In this document: positions 1 to 13,767 of the stretch, in pieces | Layout: every line of letters starts with the position of its first letter | How positions within the stretch are numbered: position 1 is the stretch's first letter | From: Octopus vulgaris | Lineage: Eukaryota | DNA: 64,000 nt | Reading direction: 5' to 3' | Assembly: GCA_951406725.2 (NCBI GenBank) | Contig: OX597815.1 | Coordinates: 113,522,001-113,586,000 of the forward strand | Program-made: the position numbers and the translations under genes | The notes under the pieces: generated by a model | Database searches by the model: none | What the model was told of the DNA's origin: nothing | Seen by the model: the letters and a program-made list of their open reading frames with translations, nothing else

Positions 1-930
1 TATTGCAGTTATTTGACCCCCAGGTTAGCTCTGAACAACAGACCTACGATCAAAAGCGTTCCAGCAGTGACAAACCGTTTTCCCTCCCCACCCCAAGTTC
101 CATGTTTCAAGGACTAATTTATCCCAAGTATTTTGCAATACAGTAGGGTATAATTTGAGAGAAATATACCTGTCATTTCTTGCAGATTAAGTAACAGCAG
201 ACTCGTGTATTTTGTATTGGTTCATCAAAATAGAGTTCTTTCCCATTAATATCACTTGCCCTTTTTCTGTCTCCTTAATTATTACCACTCATAGTAGAAA
301 AACAAATTCACATGAGGAGATTAATGGTTAGTAGGCTTGGTAGAACACCAGAAAAAACTAACTTTCCATGTACAAATCTCACTAAAGCATTTATTCTTCT
401 GGGCTTGAAATAAATACCATCAAGAACTGAGTGTCAATTCTGTCCACTACTTCACCCCTTCAATAAAATTTGGTGAATTTGTGACAATCTAGAAATCCTG
501 ATTGATAGAATCTGTTGTACCATGGACAAAATACCTTCCAGTATTATTCAGTATTTCCCTTATGCAATTTGAGTTCAAATCATACCAAGGGTGACTTGAC
601 TTTTTATCTTTCCAGGGTCAGTGAAAATTAATACAACAAACAAGTAGTGGTGGGATTGATTGAGTCAACACAGTGCTCTCCCACAAATGTGTCACCTGGC
701 ACCAGTGTTAGAAATTGTTGTTATCCCTTGTTGTTTTATTCATTTCAACTAATTTTTTGAATTCACATGCTGTGCCATTAACTGGAGTCATGGAGTAAAT
801 GAAATTATGACTAGATTGTTACAGATTATATATGTAAGAAATAAGAAAACAATTTGATATACCCTTGATAAACACATGAAGGTCGTAACTTTCTATTTCT
901 CCTCTCGTTCAGTTCTATTAATTGATTTTC

Positions 931-1420
931 ATCATCATCATCATCATCATCGTCGTTTAATGTCTGCTTTCCATGCTAGCATGGGTCGGACGATTTGACT
1001 GAGGACTGGCGAACCAGATGGCTGCACCAGGCTCCAATCTGATCTGCCAGAGTTTCTACAGCTGGATGCCCTTCCTAATGCCAACCACTCCAAGAGTGTA
1101 GTGGGTGCTTTTACGTACCACCAGCACGAGGGCCAGTCAGGCGGCACTGGCAACAGCCATGCTCAAATGGTGTTTTTTACGTGCCACCTGCACAGGAACC
1201 AGTCCAGCGGCACTAGCAATGACCTCGCTCGAATGTTTTTTTCATATGACACCAGCACAAGTGCCAGTAAGGTGACACTGGTAACGATCACGCTCAAATG
1301 GTGCTTTTTACGTGCCACCGGCACAGAAACCAGTTAGCTGCTCTGGCAATGATCATGCTCGGATGGTGCTCTTAGCGCTCCACTAGCATGGATGCCAGTC
1401 ATCGAATTTGATTTCGATGC
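931..1420 (-). mobile_element. Non-autonomous RTE 3'-tail/SINE-like element with degenerate ~60-bp internal repeats and (ATG)n tail
   Basis: Matches by eye the 3' UTR of the RTE at 39532-40344 (CCATGCTAGCATGG, CTGGATGCCCTTCCTAATGCCAACC, TGGTGCTTTTTACGTGCCACC units, (CAT)n end). Related copies at ~10060-10272, 10833-11178, 55618-55800, 56455-56658, 58233-58425, 58870-59165 and 60698-60900. Confidence 0.75.
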
Positions 1421-1480
1421 AAAAACAAAATAGGCCTTTAGAGATTTGTTGCCAGTTGCTATCATCCTAAAGAATGATAT

Positions 1481-2284
1481 CAAAGCTGTGTCAAAAAGTT
1501 CCAGGACTTGTTATGCTTAATAAAAAAATAACTTATTTACCTAAGTTTTAACATCATGTTCTTCAAAATAATCTCCTTGCATACCAATACACTGGTCCTG
1601 GTGTTCCTGCCATTTGGGGAATCCAGCCTGGAAGTTGTTTTCTGTAAGCAAGTTGAGGATCTTTTGCAATTCACTCTGGATCTCAACAATGGTGTTAGAA
1701 TGGCAATGTTGTAATTGGCAAGAAACTCACAAGTGAGGAGAGCTTGGTGACAGGGTGCATTGTCATTGTAAAGAATCCACAGATCTGATCACTTTGACCA
1801 AATGTCCTCCATCAAATGCTTCAAAACATCGATTGTCCTCTAACGATCACCATTCACAAGCTGATGAATTTTTTCTGGGTGTGATACTTGTGACAGGTCT
1901 TCCAGATCGCTCATCATCTTCCGGGGATGTTCTTCCACTTTTGAAGCACCTGTGCCACTCGAAACATTGTGTACAACTTATTGCCTTGACACCATAAGCT
2001 TACTGAAGCATGTTCAATGTCTCCGTTGCAGATTTTCCAAGTTTAACTTAACATTTTATATTGACTCTTAATTCCAACTTCCTATCCATGACAAAAATCA
2101 CAGACTACAGCATACACATGATCACAAAAACACAAATTTCACAATTTTCAAAATAAACACAGTGATGTCACTCAGCACACTGCCTCATGAAGATCACTGC
2201 TAGCTCTTACTGCACATGCAACCATGTGCTGCCATCTGTTGGCATGCTACAGAACTAATCCAGAAACTTCTTGATACCTCCTCA
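1481..2284. mobile_element. Degraded mariner-type DNA transposon
   Basis: Imperfect TIRs (TCAAAAAGTTCCAGGACT ... TCCAGAAACTTCTTGATACCTCCTCA) ending next to TA; no intact ORF. Confidence 0.55.
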
Positions 2285-5200
2285 TATACATATATAAATA
2301 CTCATCACCCACATCATCATCATTATCATTATTGTTAAAAGCTGATAGACTTGATTCATTGTAAGAGACATCATTCAAATGTAATATAATTTAGACATTA
2401 AAAGATAAAGTAATAACATCTCACCGAATCCTGTATCAAAAGAAGAGCTGTTAAAACAGATACAAATGTAGGTTTACTTGCCTAGTTCCAATTCTCCATT
2501 TGAAATCATTATGCTTCTCTCCATGATTTCAATGAAGAATGTTTCTAATAATAATTTTTCTTTTTTAAACATTATTACATGAAAAGAAATTTTTCAAAGG
2601 TCTCTCAGTTAACAAATGAATTTTAGAATTTTTTCTTTTTTCTTTTTTTTTTTTAAATTTTGTAAATATTTTTACCATGAAGTGTGTTGTTGAATGGTTT
2701 GCTCAGATCAAGCAACTGTAAAGAAGCTCCCTCATTGATTCGTTGTGTTTGTTTTTCATGGTTGCTATGAATATGAGGAAGGTTAACAAAATTATTTGTT
2801 GTTGAGTTTTTTTTTGTGCGTGTGTATATATATATATATATTCCTCAAGGACCTAAAACATATCAGCAGTCATTGAAGTTCAAGCATCAGTAAATTATGC
2901 AGATTAAAAATGCAGCTTAGAAGCTATTTCTGTGTTTTAGGTAATGCCTTGTGATAATACAGAGGACCGACATAGGGAATATATGAAACACTATGGTATA
3001 ATTTTAACCATGATTCTTTGTTGATGCAAAGTTAAAAAAAAGAGTGGTTAGCGTTGAACTTTATTTTTTAAATGCTGATTTGAAATCAAAATTTGTTTAC
3101 AATTTATAAATTTTGCATGTTTTTAGAGAATTAATCATAAAATTAATTAGAAATTAAAAACATTTTTTTTTTTAGAAAATATGAAAATTATATTTCCTTT
3201 TTTTTTCTTTTCTGGATAAATAAGGAAGAAGGATGTCAGTGTTCATATCCTTTGCAGACCTTTAAAGACCAAAGCTGATGAGATTGATAAGGTTTAGTTT
3301 GAACACCTTAAATCAATTTTTCTTTTTTATTCTTAGGTATTATCTTCTTTCTGTAGATCAAGGATTTCCATTTGGGTAATCCAAGATCCATGATTTACTA
3401 CAGGTGCAATTATGTACATGGTGGGATTCCAATCGCTTCAATGGAGGATGACCACAAGTTTGTATTCAATTAAAAGAGTACCTTAAATGCACCTTTCATT
3501 TTTCTATTATGCCTTCTCAGTCATTAATCATATTTAGTTCTTCTGCCCCATCTGCCATTTCAATCTTCGTGTAGCTAAGGAGCGGTGTCCCCTATATAAC
3601 TATCCTTATGATAGTACTGATACCCTCAACTTAGCTTTGCTCAGTAGCTGATGTGAGGTACCATGGTATGGCAGAGTGTACACCACACACTTCTGGGAGC
3701 CAAAAATGAAGCCTGGGTAGTAGTAGGAGACCAGTGCTTCTATCCACACCTGAAGCTGTGTGACTGACAAGCTTACAAGGGAACTACTCCTTTAGCAATA
3801 CACCAAACAACATGTCAATATATGTAGTAGAAGAAAGAAATTTTAGAAGGTTTGGTAAAACTGTTGGTGCAAAGACTGAGATGGGAATCTGTTCGATGTG
3901 CCAATATGGAGATGGTATGCAACTACCTACTTCAAAATATCTCAGAAATCCTAAATTGTATATTTTTGTTCTTTATATGTATGTATGTGTACATATCAAC
4001 TAACCCCTGCCCCAAAAATTTTACACCTAAAATTGTGCAAATAATATTTATAATGATAATTACTATTTGCACAGTTTTATCACAAAAAAATAAACTGGTA
4101 ATTAAGGTCTGCTTAAACTGAATTATTAGCAAAGGTGTCTGTTAACTGCATCATCACAATCTTCCTTTAACTTCAATACAGTCTCAAAGGATAAAACCAT
4201 TTTTTTTTAATCTACTTAACTATTAAGACACTGCAAAAGTTGTCTATACAAAAAAAAAGTTAGAAAATAGTAGGAAATGATAAAGTTATAGAAAAAAAAA
4301 TATTTTTATATCTTTAATAGCAAAAATATTTATATAATTATTTTCAATTGTTGACAATGATTCTTCCTGGATTACATGGGAAAGTATTACAGAGATGAAA
4401 TTTTATATACAATATCAAAATGTAAATGTAAAAAAAATATTAAAAATAAAGAAAGCATTTGATCATTAAAATGAGCAAATTTTAATAAATAAGAAATTTA
4501 AAAAATTCTCATTGTCTATCCCATCATCATCCCATTACCTTGGTAATGAGAAAATGGGCTTTTGAAATGAAATGTGCTGTTTAAATTGAACCCCTGTATC
4601 CCCAAGACAAAAGTTTATTGTATTTTTGATAATAAATATGAAGTTTATTTAATGTTTTTGTCTTTTTGTTTATTTTTCTATTCTAGCATGTTTGGACAGT
4701 CTTACTACCTGTTGTGTCTGTTATCAATTATTGTTGATGTTGTCTTTTTTGACTAGAGACCCACTGCTTTACTGCATGGAATGGATTGATCATGCTGCAA
4801 GTACTAGAATAGTTATCTACAACAAGACTAAAGTGTCAAATCTACATAGTCTTGGTTTTTATTCTTAAATGGGTTGTCTTCTCTATTTCTGAAAAGGTAT
4901 GTCTTGCAAATAATGTTGCCAAGACATTCACAGTGTCAGTCTAAGAATGCTAATGTGAATAAAGATTGTCATCTTCATGTTGAGATAAGAAGATTTAGTT
5001 TAGGGAGTCCACGATGGTTGTAATATAGCATGACTGTGCACAAAGGTTGTTCTCATTATGTAGTTAGGGAGAGGAAGCTTAGACAAGTAGTCCGAGATGG
5101 CTGGGAATAAGGTCCCCATGACACAAGTAGGTGGATGCATTTGGCATAATGGCAGTAGAGGGTAGATTGTCATCAGTTGAGAGGTAGATATACTGACTTC

Positions 5201-5354
5201 AAGCTCTATATTTTGCTACCATGTCCATATGTCAATAATTTCTAAATAAAATATATCCAAAATAATCTTAAAATCCTCTAAAATTCAACACACACCCTTC
5301 AGTACCCCATTATGAGGTAATGAGGGGTGTTTTTTTTAACCCTTTAGCATTTAA

Positions 5355-6402
5355 CCCTTTTGTTACCATATTTATTTTGAGATGCTCTGTGTTTCTTTCA
5401 ATCACTTAAAATATTTTGGGAGGAGAAACCCAGCGTCCACCTACTCCCTCCACAACACTGGTCTCAAAAAGTCTTCATGTGAACGTGGCCTGGGTGTTAT
5501 TGTCGACAGTGATTTGCATTGGACAAAACACATCGCTAAAATTGTCAAGAAGGCTGAGGGTGTCTTGGCATCACTCACCAAATCCTTTGTGAGCCGCTCT
5601 CCGACTATCTATCTGCGGCTTTATATAGCTATGGTAAGACCTCACCTGGAATTTGCATCACCGGTCTGGAACCCCTATCTTGCCCAGGATATCAATCGTC
5701 TGGAAGCTGTTCAGCGATGTGCAACCAAAAGAATACCCTCCATCAGGCATTTGCCATATCCTGAACGCCTTACTTCCCTGGGCATGAACACATTGAAACT
5801 CCGACGTCTGGCAGCTGACTTGGCAGACACCCATAAAATTATCAACCATCTTACAAACAATAACTCTGAGCACCTTTTCAAACTCCACCCATCTAACACC
5901 CGTGGACATATTTACAAAGTCAGAAAACAGCACAGCTCCCATGACTTCAGGAAACATTTTTTCACGCTGAGAGTTGCTGAAGCATGGAACAAACTGCCGG
6001 CATAAGTTGTTAGTTGTCGGAGCACTGCATCCTTCAAAACTTCCATGCTTTCTGAGATTCGCCAACACTACACCTGATTTTCTCCCCTCCATACACACAC
6101 AGGCATGTATCTGACTCATACATTGTTCGCTTTCCAGACATTTGTACATTACTGCATGTACTTTATATGCACTTTCTGACAAGTTGTGGTGCACCTGAGC
6201 ACTGTATACAATAATTTCATTATTATTATAATTATTATAACAAAGAATTTAGTAAAATAACTTAGTTATCATTCAGCTAGTGTTAGGAAGATAAATTGTG
6301 ACTAAGGTTTGGTGGAAGATTTTAATTCAAAATGTATGAAAAATACAAGACATTTGTATTACAGAGCCAGAGGCGGTTTCAGCCGGGTTAGTAATGAAAG
6401 GG
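5355..6402. mobile_element. piggyBac-type MITE (TTAA target duplication) interrupted by a CR1 LINE fragment
   Basis: TTAA-CCCTTTTGTTAC ... GTAATGAAAGGG-TTAA. The two halves (5355-5413 and ~6236-6402) join to match the uninterrupted copy at 50668-50887. Confidence 0.8.
5414..6235 (+). mobile_element. CR1-clade LINE 3' fragment (RT C-terminus and 3' UTR)
   Basis: ORF 5382-6005 contains LGVIVDSDLHW, VRPHLEFASPVWNPY, LEAVQR, TRGH and FFTLRVAEAWNKLP; (ATT)n tail. Confidence 0.85.
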
Positions 6403-6451
6403 TTAAACAGGCCACATCCAATGAAAATATTCTACGTCAAATCTGTGCCCA

Positions 6452-7445
6452 TTAAATCTTTCTTTTCTTTAACTGTTCTGTTGTACAACCAACATAAATC
6501 AAGTTGTGTTTCATGCATTCTGCCACGTAAACCAAATGGGAATCTCTACATGTCACACCTGTATAAATCATAACATTTCTGTTATGATTCCTAATGGAAT
6601 TCACTTCACTCATGTTGCTGCACAATGAACAAGGCTTACTTCTCCTGTGGCTATTTTTCAAGGTACAGTGTGCAGATACTCCAATGTTAGTTTTCTTGGA
6701 GTCAGAAATAGAGGTCAACAGCTCTCTTATATTTATATTCTGTCTAAAGGCTACAAGAGGCAGCGGATGAAATATCTGTTTGAAATGAGGATACTGTCCC
6801 ACAACATGCTGGTGACTTTTATGCAATACTTTTGAAATACTAGGGAAATTTCGGTGCCAGTTAATCACTAAAGGAATTCTGTCACATATTGCATTGTGTT
6901 TGCTACAATTATGTGTGAAGGTTTGACTTTCTTTGCTAGTCTTAGCTGTCTCATTTGCTATTTCCTTTAATTGTGATTCACTGTAACTGCATTTGAAATA
7001 ATGGTGTACAAAAGCATTTGCATGTTTCCAGTAATCCCCTATTTCTATACAAATCCATTTTATCCTCAAAAATTGGGATATCGAATTTGACTGAATTATA
7101 TGATGTGGATGATTGGTGTGGCAGTGGAGGTAAATGTGTGATGACATGGGTTTCGAAAATAACTCTATCACTATTTTGCCTAGAGAAAACTTAACTTTTG
7201 TGTCCAAAAATTCAATGCAATTTTTGAAAAACTATACGTAAATTTTATGTTAGACTTAAAGCCATTGTTTTTAGCATAAGAGTCACAGAAATGCAACAAG
7301 TCAATTAAACTATCCTGTGATCCTTCCCAGACAAAAAAAAAAGATGTCATCAATGAACCGTAACCAGATTATTGGTTGATGTCCATGTAGGGATTTGAAT
7401 TTCTTCAGTAACTGCGTCTCAAATTTCGTCATGAAGACATTAGTG
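6452..7445 (-). mobile_element. Penelope-like element (Neptune-like) fragment: RT core through GIY-YIG start
   Basis: Minus strand ~7330-7440 reads ...IIWLRFIDDIF (RT motif). ORF 6452-7207 has YLH..HP, SQFLRIK, a CxxC linker and LVYVAEC..IYVGCTT (GIY-YIG). Confidence 0.8.
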
Positions 7446-7459
7446 AAATTAACTGCCAT

Positions 7460-8130
7460 GGGGGTACCCATGGTACAACCCCTTGTCTATGTGGCAGAAT
7501 GCATAAAACACAACTTGATTTATGTTGGTTGTACAACAGTACAATTTAAAAAAAGAAAGATTTAATGGGCACAGATTTGACATCAGGCACAATAACAGTA
7601 GTTCAACAGAGCTTGCCAAACATTTTGTTTCAAACAGCTGCAATTTTGTAAAAGACTTGAAAGTGCATATTCTCAGAAAATATTCTGACTGTTTCTCTTT
7701 CAATACTCAAAATACATGAAGAGAAATATGTTTGCAGGTTATTAACATCACACCCTGGATGATTGAATAAAATGACAGGGGAATATCATCAAATTTACAC
7801 AAAACTGTTTGATTGAGTCATTATCATCATCATCATCATCATTTAATGTCCGCCTTCTTTTTCCTTTCCTTTTTTTCTGTCTTTTTCTTTCCGCCTGTTA
7901 TAAAATTGAAATTTAAAAACTGATGATGTCATTCCATCAACATATGGACGCTAGTTGCTCCCATTCATACTTTAGATTTCAATTTGTATAATTTTGAATT
8001 TTTATCACTTTTTACTTTGAACTCAACAGAGACAGGCTTGCTGTCAAAATATAATTCAACCATAAAATATCTATTGCAATCACATCATGCTCTTCGTCTT
8101 GTCTGTTTACCTTTATGAAGAGTTTCGTCA
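7460..8130 (+). mobile_element. Inverted second PLE segment: GIY-YIG endonuclease end plus 3' UTR with a decayed hammerhead
   Basis: VAECIKHNLIYVGCTT then RFNGHRFDI..LAKHF; overlaps in sequence with the minus-strand segment in the opposite orientation. Confidence 0.7.
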
Positions 8131-8149
8131 ATCCTTTTTAAACTATTTA

Positions 8150-8169
<20 letters not shown>

Positions 8170-8190
<21 letters not shown>

Positions 8191-9195
8191 TCATCTCTAG
8201 GCACAAGGCCTTGAAAATATTGGCAGGGAAGGGAGCTTGTCAATTACATTGACTCCAGTGTGTAACTGTTACTTATTTAATTAACCCTGAAAGGATGAAA
8301 GGTAAAGTCGACACTGACAGAATTTGAACTCAGAACATAGCAGATAAAATATCACTAAGCATTTTGTCCGGAGTGCTAATGATTCTGCCAGCTCACCACC
8401 TTAATAATAATAATAATCCTTTCTAATATAGGCACAAGGCCTGAAATTTTGTGGGAGGAAACTCATCAATTACATTAACCCCAGTGTTTTACTAGTACTT
8501 GATTTATTGACCCCAAAAGGATGAAAGGCAAAGCTGACCACAGCAGAATTTGAACTCAGAACATCGCGGCAGACAAAATATCACTAAGCATTTCGTCCGG
8601 CAGGCTAACGATTCTGCCAGCTTGCCACCTTAAAAATAATAATAAGCAGAATTTGAACTTAGAACATAGTGATGGGCAAAATATCGCTAAGCATTTCATC
8701 CAACATGCTAACAACTCTGTCAGCTCACCACCTTCTTTAATAATAATCCTTTCTACTATAGGCACAAGGCCTGAAATTTGGGGGAGGGGTATAGTCGATT
8801 ACATTGCCTCCATTACTCAACTGGTACCTATTTTACCAACCCCGAAAGGAAGAAAAGCAAAGCTGACCTCAGCAGAATTTGAACTCAGAACATCGCGGCA
8901 GACAAAATATCACTAAGCATTTCGTCCGGCAGGCTAACGATTCTGCCAGCTTGCCACCTTAAAAATAATAATAAGCCTTAAACCATTCTTTCTCCTAGGC
9001 CTGAAATTTTGTGGGAGGGTGCTAGTCAACTTCATCAACCCCAGTGTTTTACTGGTACTTAATTTATCAACCCCGAAAGGACAAAAGGCAAAGTCAACCT
9101 CGGTGGAATTTGAATTCAGAACATAGCAATGGGCAAAATACCACTAAGTATTTCGTCCAGTATGCTAACAACTCTGGCAGTTCACCACCTTAATA
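8170..9195 (-). repeat. Tandem array of ~4.5 copies of a tRNA-derived SINE separated by short AAT-rich tracts
   Basis: Repeated GGCACAAGGCCTGAAAT ... GAAAGGATGAAAGGCAAAG ... GAATTTGAACTCAGAAC ... CTGCCAGCTCACCACCTT. The minus strand has a B-box-like GAGTTCAAATTC. Confidence 0.8.
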
Positions 9196-9524
9196 ATACT
9201 GATGATGATAATTTCCTACGTTGGCAAACAGCTAGAGATTTCAATGATACTATATTTCATCGACTCTACAAGGATGATCTCAACAGGACATGAAGTCCAT
9301 TGTTACTTAGGAACATATTTAGATTATTTTCCCTTCGTAAGTTTGTTCAATTGATTGAATAGAAAAAAAAACAGTATATTTCCAGCTTAAACTCTTACTT
9401 ATGTAATAGGCACTAAAATTTGTCACTTGTTGGGACAAAAACTTGAGACAAGTTAAAAGTATTTTGTGTAAGGGAAATAACTCTCAAAACGTTCTAGAGT
9501 TATTTCTCTTAGCAATACTCTCAA

Positions 9525-9901
9525 TTTTACTCTTTTACTTGTTTCAGGCATTTGACTGCGGCCATGCTGGAGCACTGCGGTTAGTCAAACAAATCGACCC
9601 CAGGACTTATTCTTTGTAAGCATAGTACTTATTCTATCGGTCTCTTTTGCCGAACCGCTAAGTTACGGGGACGTAAACACACCAGCATCGGTTGTCAAGC
9701 GATGTTGGGGGCTGGGACAAACACAGACACACAAAATATATACGACGGGCTTCTTTCAGTTTCCGTCTACCAAATCCACTCACAAGGCTTTGATTGGCCC
9801 GAGGCTATAGTAGAAGACACTTGCCGCCCAAGGTGCCACGCAGTGGGACTGAACCCAGAACCATGTGGTTGGTAAGCAAGCTACTTACCACACAGCAACT
9901 C
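9525..9901 (-). mobile_element. tRNA-derived CORE-type SINE (octopus-type)
   Basis: Minus strand has a tRNA-like head (TGTGTGGTAAGTAGC ... GGGTTCAGTCCC), a CCTTGGGC..AAGTGTCTTCTAC core and an AGTAAAAG tail. Other copies at ~26680-26960, 37203-37512, 60020-60441, 61620-61890 and 62140-62325. Confidence 0.8.
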
Positions 9902-10460
9902 CGAAAAAATCCCCGTTCTTTAAATGTAATCTACACACCTACCTTTTCTGTTCCTCTATACCTATTCTCTCTCTCATATTCACCTTGTACCTTAAAAGTA
10001 CACTCTCTCCGTCTTTTTCTCTCTCTCCCTGCTCAGTAGAGGGATTTTGTCTTGCAAGTACTTGGTGACCCCATGAGTGCTGTTGCCACAAAAAAATCAC
10101 CCAGTTCACTTTGTAAAGTGGTTGGCATTTGGAAGGGCATCCAGCTTTAGAAACCTATGTCAAAGCAGACATTGAAACTCAATGCAGCTTTCTGACTTTG
10201 TTGGTTCCTGTGGAACCATTCAACCTATGGCAGCATGGAAAAATGGATGTTAAACAATGTGATGATGATGATAATATTTTAACATCTATGGTTGCACAAG
10301 GCAACACTTGTAATGGTGATTATATTTATTGTCTGGAAGAAGATACAAGAAATTTTGCTGCTATTATTAATTTAATTAAACAAAGAAATCTCACATAAAA
10401 TAAATATATTTATGTATCGAATGCAAGGTGACAAATGAATATTTGCAGGATGTCAACTAA

Positions 10461-11335
<875 letters not shown>

Positions 11336-11650
11336 AAAAATTTCAATAATTTAGCATCAATGACAATTGCCTTCAATTTCTGAACAGAGAGAATTGCAAA
11401 TAACTTCTTGAAGTATTTTCTTCTATGGTTTGATGGTAATGGTAAGCTGTATTGTAACCTTCATTAATATTCCATGTCCAACATCGTAGAGGAAAATTGA
11501 GGGTAAGTAGCAGAACTGAAGTCAAGAGTTTGCGGGAGAAATTTCACCAAAGCCGGTGTAACTAAATGCAATGCTTCTTTGATGCGATTACAAAGGAAAG
11601 TAAATATGTTTGTGTGTGTATGTGTCCCTAGCCAAATTTTTGTAAATCTA

Positions 11651-11859
11651 CAAGGGGGTGCTGAAAAGTTCCTGGCTTTAAGAGTATTGCAAAAGGTCTG
11701 GTTGGAGGCCTGACCATCAAAGTTCTTTTACAGGGCTTAGAAAAACTGAAGGACTGCTGCAATAAGTGTGTGAATCTGAGAGGGGAATGCGCTGAATAAA
11801 ATCATAATTAACTCATCTTCCTGTATTTTCTTTTACAGGAACTTTTCAATACCCCTTCA
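11651..11859. mobile_element. Mariner-derived MITE
   Basis: TA-CAAGGGGGTGCTGAAAAGTTCCTG ... CAGGAACTTTTCAATACCCCTTCA-TA imperfect TIRs. Confidence 0.7.
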
Positions 11860-12588
11860 TATATGAATACCATCTCAATGACTAATTGATAGCATAATTC
11901 TACATCATTGTTGGTGTCTCTTACTCTCAATTAATGATTACAGATTATTAAATTAACAATAAAATAAGTTATAAAAGAATATGCTATACACAAGAATTTA
12001 AGAATAATGTTAAGTTTTCTTCACACCTATTATGCAACAGAATCCAAGCAGATCAGGTCGGGCATGGGGGTTGCACCATTGCAACATGTTGCTGCATCTA
12101 CCATTTATTAGTATTTGCTTGAGTCACTCTGGGCAACCTTCTCGGAATCTACATAGTCTGAGGTATATTTGTAGAAAATTTCACTAAAAAGTATCTATTT
12201 TCTTGCAAGTTAAGATGAATTTTTCGAAATCCACCACCACACCCCCTCCTAAAGCACTTTCCCCAAAAAAGTTTTGTATGTTCGGAATCTACATAATATA
12301 ACACATATTAGTAGAAAATTTCCTTAAAAAATATTCATTTTTCTTAAAGTTATGATCATCCAAATTCGAGGAGGGCAGGAATCAGTAGTTATGCCTATAT
12401 ATAGTTAACCATGATAGATCGCTAGTCACAACACATTTTTAATTTTCTCTCCTTGTTCCTTTGTGTGGAAGAGCGTAGACTCGAAACGTTTAAGACTTTT
12501 TCACTTCCCGAACGTTATACTAATACATCTGTTTGTTGTCTACACCACCGGTCTTCATCTTTTTTTTTTGGTGGGGGGGAATTCTCCC

Positions 12589-12613
<25 letters not shown>

Positions 12614-12619
<6 letters not shown>

Positions 12620-12657
12620 TCCGACGAACGGGAACGTGAAACTGAGTAACAGCTTTT
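12614..12657 (+). ncRNA. Minimal hammerhead-like motif (variant core)
   Basis: ctgt-CCGACGA-acg(ggaa)cgt-GAAA-c(tga)g-TA-acag. The U4 position is C and stem III is minimal. Confidence 0.45.
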
Positions 12658-12946
12658 ATTATATTTCTGCTGCTTTTAAAGTATATATATATATATATAT
12701 ATATATAGATATATATATATATAAAGTTAATCCAAACATGAAAGCACAAAAAAAACACAACAATGCGAGGATGTGGAACAAATATAGTATTATTGGACGC
12801 TCAGAAAAGAAGGAAAGAAGGAGGGTTTAACGTTTCGAGCTGAGCTCTTCGTTGGAAACATAGGAGAAGGAAAGATCCAGAGAAGGGAAGACAGAGGGAA
12901 AAAAATCGCCATCGGTACACACGCGGTCACATTTTGAATATATATA

Positions 12947-13767
12947 CAGTCAACTCTCGCTACTACGCCACCTCGCTACTATGCCAGTTTTGCGCGGTCC
13001 CGGCCAAATAATAAGCAAAAAATTTTTACTATGCCACCTCTCGCTACTATGCCACTTGTAAACTGAAGCGCACGCAACTTTTCGAAATTTTGTACTCCTA
13101 CATTTTGTACATTTCGTATTTGTAATCTTGTGGAAAAGTTCAGAAAGTAGCACACAATGTCAGCTCAGAAACGCAAGCGGACTGAGTTTACGCTGAAGGA
13201 AAAGGAGATTATCGATGCTGCGAAAAACGTTATTGTCGGGCCCCTCGTATCATTAGTAATATCTGATACAAGTTACCGCCCCTTGTATTGTCCGACATGT
13301 TTCACTCTAGAAGAAATAGCAAAGGAGGTAATGCATAACGAAGAGCCGATGGAAAGTGAAGACGACGAGGTAATTGTGGAAGAGGAATACGTTTCGTTTG
13401 CAGATGCCCAGAAAGCATGGAGCACTATCCGAAAGTTTATGCAGCAGCAGAGCATCGGAAAACCCAGCGTCATGCAGGCGTGTGATAGGCTAGACAAGGA
13501 AATGAATGAAATCCGCCGAAAGAAGATGCGTCAGCCGACAATTTTTGAGAGTTTCGGGATTAACTAAAAGCAATCTGAACTTAATAAACTTGGATGTCTT
13601 CTTTTTACCATTGCATTGAACTTCTTATTGGCCTTACTTCCTACCCTATGAATTTTTATTCGTATGTTCAGTAAATTTTTGGTTATGTAGCGTTTAGATA
13701 ACAGACCCTCGGTACTATGCCACTTTGGCTCAGTCCTGCAGGGTGGCATAGTAGCGAGAGTTGACTG
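12947..13767 (+). mobile_element. Internally deleted pogo/Tigger-type DNA transposon
   Basis: 26-bp TIRs CAGTCAACTCTCGCTACTAYGCCACC with one mismatch, TA target duplication and subterminal repeats of the TIR motif. ORF 13157-13567 starts KRKRTEFTLKEK (psq-like) and ends QPTIFESF. Confidence 0.85.

Noticed and set aside
5658-6194. 178-aa minus-strand ORF and other antisense ORFs over LINE/Helitron coding regions
   Set aside because: Shadow frames of transposon coding sequence with no independent motifs.
9850-9901. tRNA genes at SINE heads
   Set aside because: A/B-box-like heads continue into SINE bodies in multiple copies; no complete cloverleaf.
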